This document shows positions 8,829 through 18,833 of a DNA stretch of 58,631 nucleotides, one piece after another. The position numbers and the translations under genes were made by a program. Below the pieces are notes generated by a model. That model was not told the origin of the DNA and did no database searches. It was given only the letters and a program-made list of their open reading frames with translations. Origin of the DNA: a virus (taxonomy: Duplodnaviria; Caudoviricetes); IMG/VR virus record IMGVR_UViG_3300037510_000677, positions 1-58,631 of that record. The stretch is one strand, 5' to 3'. How positions within the stretch are numbered: position 1 is the first letter of the stretch; each line of letters starts with the position of its first letter.

Positions 8829-10249
8829 TCAAAATCCCCTTCTTCTGGGTAACGTTCCGGATCGAACATGTAATCCTCAAAGTATTGCATAACCTTTTGA
8901 GTCGGTGTAGGGCGTTTCTGGTAGGGAACGTAAACGGGCATCCCCGGTAGCCCTTCGCCTTGGGCTAAGCGGTTTAGGTAAGGATTCATAGCAATTAAGT
9001 CAGGTCTCTCCATTTGCCTTCTGATGATTTGCTGCACAATCGGGATATGCTTAACAGGTTTATGGGGGGCTGCTGGCGCCGGATGAGGTTGCGCTGGTGC
9101 AGCTGGCGCAAGCGGTGCAGGAGCTTTGGTTGCCTGCTTTGGAACAGGTTTAAATTCTGCTTCTGGGTCTTTGGATGCTTCAAACCCTAACCAATTAGGA
9201 AGCGGCAATAAATCCGGGTCTGGCCTTGATTCGCCTTTAATTTGGCTGACAAGAGATTGTGCAGCTGCAACCGTTTGAGGCGTTGGAGCCTCAGTTGTAA
9301 CCTTTTCTAAAAACTGAACGGCTTCTTCTGGCTTTTGCTGCTCAATTAAGTTTTTGGTATGTGCTTTAAGCGCAAGGCTTGATTCCTCCGGAGAAAAGAC
9401 CGACATTTTTTGGGGAGCAACGCCTTTAGCTTGTTCTTGCGTGTCATAAAGGTTTTCAAGTTTATTTTGAAGACCAAACAAAGCAACGTTTCTTTGATGT
9501 TCATCAGAAGGAATTTGCGTGTTAGCAAAGACGTCCGCCGTGGGGTCGTTTTGCAAGACTTTATTTCTTAAATCATCAATGTATTTTTGCCGGATAGAGG
9601 TCGCTTGGTCTAACGGAAGCCATAAAGACATTTCAACGGGTCTTCTTGCCTGAATGCGATTTTGCGCCTCTTCTTGCGGGCTAATTTGTGGAGCTGGCAT
9701 TGGTGCCTTTTGCAAGGGCTTATAAACAGGAGAAGGAATATTGATTGCTTTTAGTGGCTCTATGGCTTTTCCTTTGCCTTTTGCAGCAGATGATTTGATT
9801 TGCTCTTCTTCAAAGGGAAGATGCTTTTCATTTGCAAATGGAAAAGTTGGCTGCTCCTCCTCAATGCTCTCCAATCTTTTTAAAATTGCCTCATGAAGGC
9901 GACGGTCTTTTTGGATACTTAAGGTGTCTTTTAGTTCTTGATAGTTATTGGAAGAATTTATTGCATCTATGCTTTTTTTGTAATAGTTATCTGTTAATAC
10001 TTTATTGTAATTCTTGGGTGCTTTCTTGCCGGAGGTCTCTAAATTATAATAATAATCAAAATTTCTGCTTAGTTCTTTTCCAAGGTCAATTAAAGTTTGA
10101 AATAAGGGGTGTTCTTTTTCTTTGGAAGATGATGACTCAGGAGATTCAATTTCAGATGCTTCTTCAAGCTCTTCTTCCGGCTCAACCGATTTTGGTAAAC
10201 GCTTCTGCACGACTGGTTTTTTTAGGCTTTTTATAGGTCTTCTAAACAT
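8825..10249 (-). CDS. Hypothetical protein with basic N-terminus and Pro/Ala-rich C-terminus
   Basis: 474-aa ORF in the operon; low-complexity regions. Confidence 0.7.
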   Translation of the reverse strand: MFRRPIKSLKKPVVQKRLPKSVEPEEELEEASEIESPESSSSKEKEHPLFQTLIDLGKELSRNFDYYYNLETSGKKAPKNYNKVLTDNYYKKSIDAINSSNNYQELKDTLSIQKDRRLHEAILKRLESIEEEQPTFPFANEKHLPFEEEQIKSSAAKGKGKAIEPLKAINIPSPVYKPLQKAPMPAPQISPQEEAQNRIQARRPVEMSLWLPLDQATSIRQKYIDDLRNKVLQNDPTADVFANTQIPSDEHQRNVALFGLQNKLENLYDTQEQAKGVAPQKMSVFSPEESSLALKAHTKNLIEQQKPEEAVQFLEKVTTEAPTPQTVAAAQSLVSQIKGESRPDPDLLPLPNWLGFEASKDPEAEFKPVPKQATKAPAPLAPAAPAQPHPAPAAPHKPVKHIPIVQQIIRRQMERPDLIAMNPYLNRLAQGEGLPGMPVYVPYQKRPTPTQKVMQYFEDYMFDPERYPEEGDFD

Positions 10250-10264
10250 AGCTACTTCTTAAAA

Positions 10265-10783
10265 TTATGCTGATAACCTTCTGGTCATCTTTTGTTCTGG
10301 TTCTTTCTTTTTTCTAAAATCACCGTTGTTAAACATGATTAATAAGTTTGTGATTGAGGGAACCTTATGGGGTTTCTTTTCTTTTGGCTCTTTTGCGATA
10401 TCCTTCAAGCGCTCCTTAGCCATGTAAGTCATGTCAGCTTCCAGTATAGACTTTTTGTTCTTGCTAAAAACTTTGTAATCTTCGTAATCGTTTAAGCCAT
10501 TAGCATCGCTATGTAATCTCATCGCTATGCTCAATTCTTGCTTATTAGGGCACAATTTAAAGATAGAATGCAGTAAAATCATGTTTTCCATTCTTTCGGC
10601 AAATTCTTCGATGGTTTCATGAAAAATTGGGTCGCCAGGAACCGGGATAATCTTTTTAATCGCAAAGATTTTTCCTTCATGCTTGAAAGCATCCCATAGG
10701 CCATGACCAAACTTGTCTTTAGCAATTACCTCTTCTTCATGTAAAGCAATAGAGCCTGATTTCGTTAACTCTGCCCAAAACAT
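10265..10783 (-). CDS. Hypothetical protein, RRxS-tail paralogue 1
   Basis: WAELT...KFGxGLWD...HxGK.(F/Y)AIKK; ends RRLSA. Confidence 0.8.
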   Translation of the reverse strand: MFWAELTKSGSIALHEEEVIAKDKFGHGLWDAFKHEGKIFAIKKIIPVPGDPIFHETIEEFAERMENMILLHSIFKLCPNKQELSIAMRLHSDANGLNDYEDYKVFSKNKKSILEADMTYMAKERLKDIAKEPKEKKPHKVPSITNLLIMFNNGDFRKKKEPEQKMTRRLSA

Positions 10784-11302
10784 TTAAAACTCCGCTGATA
10801 ATCTTTTTGTTGGCCGCTCATTTTGGGTTTCTTTCTTTCTAAATAATCCGTCTTTAAACATCATTAATAAGGCTTTATTTTCCTTTGGTTGCTCTTTTTC
10901 CTTGATCTCAAAATTTCTTAAAGCATCTTGAAAAAGGTAAGCGCAATCTTGTTTAAATATCTCTTTTCTTTTTGAGCCAAAAAATAAGTAGGTATCAAAA
11001 TCATCAATTTTAAAATAGATGTTAATACCCATGTGTTGCTCTATTAGCTTTTCTTTTGTTTTGCATAATCTAAATTGAAGCTTAAGAATATTGATGGATT
11101 TTAACCTTTCTAGATATTCATCGGTTTTTTTGTAATAAACAGGGCCGCTTGGAATGGAAACAGGTTTTTTAATGGCATAGTTTTTGCCGCTATGGTTAAC
11201 GACATCCCATAAACCATTGCCAAATTTTGCGCTATTTTGCACATCTTCGTCATGAAAAATAAAAGTATCATTATTGGTTAATTCAGCCCAACGCATATAC
11301 AC
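10784..11302 (-). CDS. Hypothetical protein, RRxS-tail paralogue 2
   Basis: Same motifs; ends KRLSAEF. Confidence 0.8.
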   Translation of the reverse strand: MYMRWAELTNNDTFIFHDEDVQNSAKFGNGLWDVVNHSGKNYAIKKPVSIPSGPVYYKKTDEYLERLKSINILKLQFRLCKTKEKLIEQHMGINIYFKIDDFDTYLFFGSKRKEIFKQDCAYLFQDALRNFEIKEKEQPKENKALLMMFKDGLFRKKETQNERPTKRLSAEF

Positions 11303-11308
11303 CCCCCT

Positions 11309-12076
11309 TTAAAACTCTGCCGACATTCTTCTTGGCATCTCTGCTTCAGTTCTTTCTCTATCGATATTAATGTTTTGCGCTAAATTCATTTTAGAAAACG
11401 ATAATACCGGAGAAAATACCTCTTCTGTTTTAATATTTAATTTGTACTTATCCACCAAATTATAAGTTACTAGGCTGTTTTCAATTCTTTTAAGTTGAAT
11501 CTTTTCAAATTCAAGCTTAAGAGAAGCTATTTCTAGCCTATATTTTAAATCAGCTATTTCCCGTGCTTTTAAATCTTTATCTAAATTTTTAATGCCTTCT
11601 TGAGCTAAATTATTTCTATGGATATTAACGAGCTCAATAATGTAATCGCTATCATCTGCTACTTCTTTTAGTGTAGCGTAATTAAGTATTTTATCAGCTA
11701 CTTTTACCTGATACCATTTGCTTTCTGCTTTGGATGGAGGATCATAGGTAGGTTGATATCTGAATTCGACATTTAAATGACCAAGGCTTATAAAATAATC
11801 AATTTGAAGTTCTTTTCTATTTTTATATGCCTCAAGAGATTCAAATTCAACAGGAGTTGTTGTTAAGTATTCCCCCAAAAAAGAAGGCTTTCTAATAGCA
11901 TATAATTCATTTTCATGCAAAACCATATCCCATTTACCTGGCCCAAATTTTTTAGTGGGGTCAACCTTTTCTTTGCAAATAAGGTATTTCCTTTCTGCAA
12001 CACCAGAAACGTCAATTCTATAGGCTTCTGGCTTTCTTAATGACATACCAGAAACTTCTATGTAAAACATTGTCAT
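11309..12076 (-). CDS. Hypothetical protein, RRxS-tail paralogue 3
   Basis: KFGPGKWDMVLHENELYAIRKP; ends RRMSAEF. Confidence 0.8.
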   Translation of the reverse strand: MTMFYIEVSGMSLRKPEAYRIDVSGVAERKYLICKEKVDPTKKFGPGKWDMVLHENELYAIRKPSFLGEYLTTTPVEFESLEAYKNRKELQIDYFISLGHLNVEFRYQPTYDPPSKAESKWYQVKVADKILNYATLKEVADDSDYIIELVNIHRNNLAQEGIKNLDKDLKAREIADLKYRLEIASLKLEFEKIQLKRIENSLVTYNLVDKYKLNIKTEEVFSPVLSFSKMNLAQNINIDRERTEAEMPRRMSAEF

Positions 12077-12099
12077 GTTACTCTCCCTTAAGTTTTGCG

Positions 12100-12378
12100 T
12101 CAGCTTTTCTTAACATCTTGCTTTACGGTTTTATTATCTTCTGCCACATCAATAAGATTACACAAATCATTAATAGTTGCTACCGTTTTTTTAATTTGTG
12201 CCCGGTTAGCGTCCATAAGATTTTTCAATTCGGAAGGCTTAACGTTGTCAACGTTAGTTAGTAATTTTGCCTGTTCAGCTGAAAGATTAAGCAAGATTTT
12301 AGCTTGCTGATTAAGGCCAAGCATGGATGCCATTTCAACGGATGGCGTGTGGGGGTCTACTTTAAATTGCGTGAACAT
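12100..12378 (-). CDS. Hypothetical protein
   Basis: AGGAG RBS, in operon. Confidence 0.65.
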   Translation of the reverse strand: MFTQFKVDPHTPSVEMASMLGLNQQAKILLNLSAEQAKLLTNVDNVKPSELKNLMDANRAQIKKTVATINDLCNLIDVAEDNKTVKQDVKKS

Positions 12379-12387
12379 AGCATCTCC

Positions 12388-13308
12388 TTAACTTGCATAT
12401 AAACTATAAAAATACGGCGGAATTCTTCCTCCGCGTTTTTTACCCATTGCTGCCCGTAAACCATAAATGCCTGCAGCAATATTACCTAATTGACCAATGG
12501 TATTAAGTTGAGGTGTACCGCTGGTTTGATAGGTCGTACTGGTTTGCGAAGGCGCAATAGGGGCTCCATGCAGGATACTACTAAACTCTGCTAATTTTCT
12601 ATAGGGCTCTTCTTCTTGTTTTAATTCTTCTTGATGTTTAATGTCTCTCAAGGCTTGCTCTTGTTGCTGTTGGTAACGTCCTTGCTCCATAAGCGCTTGC
12701 ATATCAGCTAAACTGCCTGCTTGTAATCTTGCACCAATATCGCCTGTTTCTCTAGCCGCTTCTAATTGGCGCGCTGCATCAGCGCTGCTAATTTGCGCAG
12801 CTTGTTGGTAACCGCTTGCTAAAGCTTGCTGTTGTTTGGCTAAGATTTCATTTTGCAAATCTCTTGCCATTCGTTCTGCCATCTTTGCATGCCGTGAACT
12901 GCCATGTTGTCCTAACTTTACAAAATGCGCTTCAATCTCTGGTAAAATACGCTCTTTAAAAGTTCTTCCGCCTTCTTCAGAAATACGGTTAACAACTGAT
13001 TGCATGTAAGGGTTTAAATATTGCTGATAGCGTTCTGGGAAAGATTTACCGCTTTTCCCTATCATGTGTTCGGCGCGGTTTAAATAAGGCACATGACGGC
13101 CTACATTTCTTCCCATGCGATGGGCTTGCCTGATATCTTCAGGAATTGGAGCAAGACGACGTTCAGGCCTTCCTGGTTGCACTGTCCTTTGGCTAAGCTT
13201 TTGGGCATCTTCTGCTAATTTTTCATAATATTGGGCAAGCCAATCTGGGATTTCAGTTTGAACATGGCTGATTGCTGGTTTTGCCCAATCCTTTAGATCT
13301 CTTGCCAT
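12388..13308 (-). CDS. Internal virion / DNA pilot-like ejection protein
   Basis: Gln-rich; QYLNPYMQSV, GQHGSSR and GYQQA motifs typical of podovirus ejection proteins. Confidence 0.7.
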   Translation of the reverse strand: MARDLKDWAKPAISHVQTEIPDWLAQYYEKLAEDAQKLSQRTVQPGRPERRLAPIPEDIRQAHRMGRNVGRHVPYLNRAEHMIGKSGKSFPERYQQYLNPYMQSVVNRISEEGGRTFKERILPEIEAHFVKLGQHGSSRHAKMAERMARDLQNEILAKQQQALASGYQQAAQISSADAARQLEAARETGDIGARLQAGSLADMQALMEQGRYQQQQEQALRDIKHQEELKQEEEPYRKLAEFSSILHGAPIAPSQTSTTYQTSGTPQLNTIGQLGNIAAGIYGLRAAMGKKRGGRIPPYFYSLYAS

Positions 13309-14609
13309 TATCTTGTCCTCATGTAACGTTCAATAGGTTTTGATTTAGGTGGCAAAAACGTTTTAACGCCTTTTTGTTTGCGCAAATTCTTTCGTATGGT
13401 ATCAAACATTTTAGCGCCTTTGTTGTTGTCACCCTTACCTATCATGTTAACAATTTCAGGCTCAATAACATACTCCCCGGTTGATAATTTTGCACGGATG
13501 TTTTGACTGGTTGGTGGGTTTCTTACAATCCCGCTCGTTAAAAATTTACGCTCTAGCTCTTGAAGCTTTTCTGCTCCATGGTCACTATTCCCATCCCCTA
13601 AAAGCGAAACAGTAGTAGCATCCATAACGTAACTTCCCGGTTTTAATTCGGTTTCAACATCGTCTGCTTGACCACCGGAAGCGCCTTTAATGTACCCTCT
13701 GGCATGACTACCCTCAACATTGCCAATATGCTGCATGTGTCCGCCGTGGGCAGCATATTCATATTCAACCTCTGGTTCTGGTTCAAAATAAGAGTACCCA
13801 AGCCCTCGTCTTTCCATGTCTTCAGGGTCTGCACGTCTTAACACCCAAGGCTTAGCAAACTTAGTTTTCTTTTCTTTGCTTTTTCTTTTTTCCCGGGCAC
13901 TTTCGTATTGTTCTTCTGCGGTTGGCCCTTTAGGATTTTTGGTTCTGCCCAAGAATTGCCCTGCGGCCGCTACCCCTAAGAGAGCAGGGTCTATCAAGCC
14001 TTTCCAATTAAAACCTGCGTCTGGCAATTCTTCTTCGCCTGCCGAATACCCTGCAATCTGTTTGGGCTTAGCCATCATGGGAGCGGCTTTTGCGGCAAGT
14101 GAGGCACCCGATGCAGCTTTGCTACCAATTCCTAAGCTTTCTAAAAAGCCAGGATGCTGCATGCCTAAGGCTGAGCCCATCTTGCTGGTTGGGTCTACGC
14201 CGAAGAATTCCCCCCCTTTAGGCAGCATGTAGGACATTGCAGCTCCGGTGAGAGCGCCACCTAAAGCTCGATCAAGAGGATGCTTTTTAGAAGACATCGC
14301 GCCCCCTAATCCGCCGCCAATAATGCTTCCCATGGGGCCGCCAAACATATTACCCACAACGCTTCCCACTAATGGAAAGGCTTGTTTGGGATGGCGCACC
14401 ATTTTACCGACAGGCCTAATAAGGGCTTTTTCAAAGGCTTTACCAAGCTTTCCGAAGAGTCCAAACTCTGGCAAACCTGTGTGGGGGTTTTTACTCATCC
14501 CATAGTGTTTTGCCAGATAATCGGCTTCAGCGGGGTTGATATGCGCTAAAACGGTATCTCCGCCTGTTCCTTGTCGTCTTACTTGGGTAGCTGCGCGTTT
14601 TAGGTTCAT
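13308..14609 (-). CDS. Internal virion protein
   Basis: GDTVLAHINPxEA...NPxTGLPEF and G.SGGQADDV...LSTGEYV motifs; Gly-rich hydrophobic segments. Confidence 0.7.
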   Translation of the reverse strand: MNLKRAATQVRRQGTGGDTVLAHINPAEADYLAKHYGMSKNPHTGLPEFGLFGKLGKAFEKALIRPVGKMVRHPKQAFPLVGSVVGNMFGGPMGSIIGGGLGGAMSSKKHPLDRALGGALTGAAMSYMLPKGGEFFGVDPTSKMGSALGMQHPGFLESLGIGSKAASGASLAAKAAPMMAKPKQIAGYSAGEEELPDAGFNWKGLIDPALLGVAAAGQFLGRTKNPKGPTAEEQYESAREKRKSKEKKTKFAKPWVLRRADPEDMERRGLGYSYFEPEPEVEYEYAAHGGHMQHIGNVEGSHARGYIKGASGGQADDVETELKPGSYVMDATTVSLLGDGNSDHGAEKLQELERKFLTSGIVRNPPTSQNIRAKLSTGEYVIEPEIVNMIGKGDNNKGAKMFDTIRKNLRKQKGVKTFLPPKSKPIERYMRTR

Positions 14610-14618
14610 ATTGACCTC

Positions 14619-15473
14619 TTAGTAGTCATATCCAAAGTGACCGCCGTACGCTGCGGTTGCGGTTTGTCCTGCGTTCATTGGCAGTTGTGGAGCTTGTGGT
14701 TGTTGTGGAATTTGGGGTGGTGCATATTGAGCTAAGCGTTGAACGCCTTGATTAGCCAGGTTTCCAGCCATGTCTAGACCCATATTGCCAACATGCGTTA
14801 ACCCTTTGTTCAGCATGCCGCTTGCCATTTGGCCGTAATCTTGGCCAAAGCGGTTACCAATGGCGTTTCCGACTTTATTAGCGGCCATCCCTGCGAGGGT
14901 GCCGATATGCGGTTTTGCCATTTCCATTCCTTTGCTAATCAATCCGGGCAGGTGTTGAGAAGCCATGCTTGCGCCTCTTTTAAAGAGGTTAGAAATGAAT
15001 CCGCCAAAGCCAAAATGCGGCATGTAAGCGTGTCCGCCGTGAGCCATGTGCATAGGATGAATAGCGCTTGATAAGTGGCCGTAGATATCGCCTGCGCCTG
15101 TTGGGCCGCCAAAGGCGTAGTTTTCATGGTGTGGTGCAAAATGCGCCAATCCGCCATGGTAGTAATTTTGAGTCATCATGTTATTGTCTCCTTGATTCAT
15201 GGGTTGTTGGTAAGAGCTGTTCATCATGGGGGAATTCATGCCCATAGCGTTTTGGCGTTTTGGTATCATTCCAAGACCGCCTAAATTGGTGAAATCGCGT
15301 TTGTAATCGTTATAATTTTGATATCCCATCTTTTGATATCCGGTTTGATTAATGTTTCCGATGGGAGTAGTAATGCCTTGTAAAAAGTTATTACCTAATT
15401 CTTGCAACACAGGTTCACCTGTTTGCTTATTTCTTAATCCTTGTTCTAATAAATCGGCACCTAAACTAAACAT
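14619..15473 (-). CDS. Gly/Met/Gln-rich virion-associated protein
   Basis: Repeated aromatic/Met-A-x-GG motifs; position. Confidence 0.65.
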   Translation of the reverse strand: MFSLGADLLEQGLRNKQTGEPVLQELGNNFLQGITTPIGNINQTGYQKMGYQNYNDYKRDFTNLGGLGMIPKRQNAMGMNSPMMNSSYQQPMNQGDNNMMTQNYYHGGLAHFAPHHENYAFGGPTGAGDIYGHLSSAIHPMHMAHGGHAYMPHFGFGGFISNLFKRGASMASQHLPGLISKGMEMAKPHIGTLAGMAANKVGNAIGNRFGQDYGQMASGMLNKGLTHVGNMGLDMAGNLANQGVQRLAQYAPPQIPQQPQAPQLPMNAGQTATAAYGGHFGYDY

Positions 15474-15481
15474 ATTTCACC

Positions 15482-15709
15482 TTAATAACTTGCCATTGTT
15501 TTAAACACGTCTTCCGCCCATTTTTGCCAGTCGTTATATCGGTTAGGAGAAGGCGCACCGTTGTCAGAAAAAGATTGCTCCTCTACCAATAAAGAGCCCC
15601 AGTATTTCCAATTGTTAGCATCCGTTAAGAGCGGGATATTGTCGGTTGGAAAATCAATCACTAAAGAGGCTGCCCAGGTTTTTAAATCGGTTCTTTTGGG
15701 TATCATCAT
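15482..15709 (-). CDS. Small Trp-rich conserved phage protein
   Basis: W..W...W.KWA pattern directly after the nozzle gene. Confidence 0.7.
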   Translation of the reverse strand: MMIPKRTDLKTWAASLVIDFPTDNIPLLTDANNWKYWGSLLVEEQSFSDNGAPSPNRYNDWQKWAEDVFKTMASY

Positions 15710-17281
15710 TTAAGCGCCCTCACCCGGTTGTGACTGGCTAGCATCACCAATTTCCATTTGCATGAGGTTTTGACCAAACTCAAAATTGCCCCCAATAACA
15801 TTGCTTTCAAAGCGCAACGTCATTTCCCGTCGCTGTTCCCAAAGGTCGATTTTTACGGTAGATTCCGCTAAAGGGTAGGCAGACGTTACGACGGGAGATC
15901 TGGCGTATTGCCTGCCATTAACTAAAAATGTCATATCGCCTGATTGGATAATGTCAGGCTCAAAGCGATATAACGTAATCCATGCGTCTAATTGCGCTTG
16001 TTGACGATTTGGGTCTTGTGCAACCCAGGAAAGCGCACCACTCTCGATATAAGCATTAATCGCCGTTAGGCTCCCTAAAACATTCTTATCCGTCCCCACT
16101 TCATGCTGCCAAATAGGGTAGTGCGCAGGCGTATCCTCATTGGCAACATTGTCGGCCCAAATCGGATTAGCAAAGGTTTGGTCATAGTAACCACAAGACC
16201 TTGCAATATTGGTGTCATACCATTTACTTTCGCGCACATTAAAAATAATGGCGCTATCGCATTCAGTGCTGTTCTTGGAAGGATAATGCCACCAGATTTC
16301 ACCCCATCGCGGAACCTTGGTAGCCCACACTTTTTGACGTTGTGCAAAGTTTAAGTTCTTAAAAAAATAATCCAACGACATGTCATTGGGTAATTCATTC
16401 ACCACTCCGTTGTAGTATAAAAATCTGTCTACACCACACCAGTAATAAATGTTGTCGTATTCCACAATTGAATTTGACGACAAAATAGAACTTTCACCCG
16501 CAACGGTATCAAAAGCAAATTCAACGGAACTCGTACCAACTTGCGTGACACGGATTAACCTGTCTAAACTCCAAATAAGGCCTGCTGGCGAAGAATTTCC
16601 ACCACGGGTCGGAAGACCAGCAACAAGCTTATAAGAAGCAATACGCGCATCTCCCATGATAGTGGTCGGGTCATTGGCTTCACTCCAAAAAACATGCCCA
16701 TCGTTATCGAGCATAAAAAGATAAGGTTGTAAAACAACGATTCCACCAGACACACTCGTTCCTGTTGGAACTAATGGCGTGTCTGCATTAATATCGCCAT
16801 AATAAATCGGGCGTTGTGCCGCACTCGTAATCGAATATAAATTGGGAGCGGCAAACGCAATCAACGTGCTGGAATTACTAACCGTTGAAAACATGACATC
16901 AAACGACCATTCGTTATTGCCATCAACCAAAAAATCCGTTGGCGTACGAGTTGCTAAACAGCCAATTTGATTTCCAGAGGCATCAATCGGAAGCACATAC
17001 AAGCGGGAAGAATCCCCAATAATAACGTTGTAATTTCCCGCATTTGGCGTTACATACATTCCCCGTGGAATATTGGTAACCCCAATAGGGTCAGCACAAC
17101 CAATACTGCCATCAAAAATGCCGGGATTAATTTGGCTATAACCGCCCATCTTTTTAGGTAAACTTCGGTAAAACCGTGTCCATTGACCGTCTATCCAATT
17201 AGGGCGTGCAAATTTTGTGCCATCCCGCAAAATGCCAGGTTGCATCAATAAGCTATAAATCTTGCCGTTGTAATCTGACAT
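15710..17281 (-). CDS. Tail nozzle / stabilisation protein (P22 gp10-like)
   Basis: PGIxRDGT..W.DG.W.RF...PKKMGG start; YWxG.DRFxxYNGxV; WGEIWWHYP. Confidence 0.75.
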   Translation of the reverse strand: MSDYNGKIYSLLMQPGILRDGTKFARPNWIDGQWTRFYRSLPKKMGGYSQINPGIFDGSIGCADPIGVTNIPRGMYVTPNAGNYNVIIGDSSRLYVLPIDASGNQIGCLATRTPTDFLVDGNNEWSFDVMFSTVSNSSTLIAFAAPNLYSITSAAQRPIYYGDINADTPLVPTGTSVSGGIVVLQPYLFMLDNDGHVFWSEANDPTTIMGDARIASYKLVAGLPTRGGNSSPAGLIWSLDRLIRVTQVGTSSVEFAFDTVAGESSILSSNSIVEYDNIYYWCGVDRFLYYNGVVNELPNDMSLDYFFKNLNFAQRQKVWATKVPRWGEIWWHYPSKNSTECDSAIIFNVRESKWYDTNIARSCGYYDQTFANPIWADNVANEDTPAHYPIWQHEVGTDKNVLGSLTAINAYIESGALSWVAQDPNRQQAQLDAWITLYRFEPDIIQSGDMTFLVNGRQYARSPVVTSAYPLAESTVKIDLWEQRREMTLRFESNVIGGNFEFGQNLMQMEIGDASQSQPGEGA

Positions 17282-17913
17282 TAATCCGAATCCCTCTTAG
17301 AACCTCTATCAAAGATTCTTTCACTGTCTTGATGTTTTAAGCTTGCAAGGGAACGGTCATATAAGTTTTGCCAAATGGGTAACCGTGTATCATTCTTTAA
17401 ATAAGGCATGGCTTCTAATAACGTCGCATACAAAAGCGCATCCGGCGCATAATTGGTTAACCAATTGGTTTGCACAGTAGGACTTAAAGGTTGTGGCAAT
17501 TCTAAATACGCCCATTCAAAGGGATAATCGGCATCAGGCGTTGGAGCTATCAAAATATTAGAATAGCCGTAATCCGAATAAAATTTAGGAACACCGGTTT
17601 CAGTTCTGTTGGGCCAATATTTAACTAAATATTCATAAACCCTTAAAACAATAGGAGAGCGCACATCATCGTTAATGCCGCTTCCAAAGTTCATCGAGAT
17701 ATTTCTTCGCCATCTCCCAGGCTTTGGGTAAACAGCAGTACCGGGAATAAATTTCCCCACCACATATTGTTCTAACCCAACGGTTTCGCATTCCCGGCAA
17801 ATTCTTTGTTCGGCATTTGAAATGAAAGTAGGTATCTCATCAACAGTGCTGGTATCTGCTCTGTTAAGATACTTAATCATTTGTGCCGTTAAAGAATTAT
17901 AAGTCATGCTCAT
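17281..17913 (-). CDS. Head-tail adaptor / tail tubular protein A-like
   Basis: MTYNSL...IPTFISNAEQRI...APTPD...TNWLTNYAPDALLYATLLEA.PYLKND. Confidence 0.75.
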   Translation of the reverse strand: MSMTYNSLTAQMIKYLNRADTSTVDEIPTFISNAEQRICRECETVGLEQYVVGKFIPGTAVYPKPGRWRRNISMNFGSGINDDVRSPIVLRVYEYLVKYWPNRTETGVPKFYSDYGYSNILIAPTPDADYPFEWAYLELPQPLSPTVQTNWLTNYAPDALLYATLLEAMPYLKNDTRLPIWQNLYDRSLASLKHQDSERIFDRGSKRDSD

Positions 17914-18822
17914 TTACAGCAATCCTTGTCCTTCTAAAATTCTTTCCAATCGAGTAACTTTTGCGCTTAACTCTTGAATGGCTTTTGTTAAAGGGGCAAT
18001 AAAGGATGAATAACTTAAGCCATCAACCCCTTTACCGTTAGCAGGATGAACGCCGCCAAAGTTTTCTGGCATCACTTCTAAAACATCTTCATAGATAAAA
18101 CCGTGATGAATGGCAGTCGTATCAATATCGGCATTAGGAATTTCTTTCCAATTCCAGCATTTTGGTTGAAGGCTATTGATAAAATCTAAACCTACATTTG
18201 AATGACTAATTTTGTCTTTGCACTCAGCCGATGAGGTTTGAATAACAGGGTTAACGGCATAAACAGCACCCCATCGATTGGTGGAGCTGCCGCAATTAAC
18301 AGCGCCATCACTAACGGGAATGGGAGCGCTTGCAAAAGGAACATCTAACTGAACATTGCCATCACCAGACATGCAATCAATAGCGGTGTACCCGGATGAT
18401 GTGCCGCCTCCTGAAATAAAACGAATCATTCCAGCGCCATTGCCGATAAAAGCACTATCCCCCATCACCCACTGAACATTGGTTCCAGGAGAGTTGTAGT
18501 TTAAAAACATACAAGCACCGCTCCCGATATTTGATGGCCCACCTGCAAACCCCATTCCATCCAAAACTAAGGCTGGATTAGAGGCGTCCCCTGATTGAGT
18601 AATGGAGACAATTGGGCCAGAAGACACCAAAGAGGCGCTGCCAAAAAATCCAAAATTAGAATAAGTATTTAGCCAAGGATTAGAATCATATCCAAGTTGA
18701 TTACTACTAACATTAAGAGGGATTACGTCTCCATTCAGGGTAAAAGTACCATTTATTTGAGTATCCCCATTCATGGTTGCTATAACCGCTGAATTTGCAA
18801 CTACGTTTCCTAAATAAGACAT
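17914..18822 (-). CDS. Tail fibre with C-terminal intramolecular chaperone (peptidase S74-like)
   Basis: TSS..KD.I....GLDFINSLQP..W...GFI.EDV...SYSSFIAPLTKAIQEL. Confidence 0.8.
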   Translation of the reverse strand: MSYLGNVVANSAVIATMNGDTQINGTFTLNGDVIPLNVSSNQLGYDSNPWLNTYSNFGFFGSASLVSSGPIVSITQSGDASNPALVLDGMGFAGGPSNIGSGACMFLNYNSPGTNVQWVMGDSAFIGNGAGMIRFISGGGTSSGYTAIDCMSGDGNVQLDVPFASAPIPVSDGAVNCGSSTNRWGAVYAVNPVIQTSSAECKDKISHSNVGLDFINSLQPKCWNWKEIPNADIDTTAIHHGFIYEDVLEVMPENFGGVHPANGKGVDGLSYSSFIAPLTKAIQELSAKVTRLERILEGQGLL

Positions 18823-18833
18823 AATGATTCACC

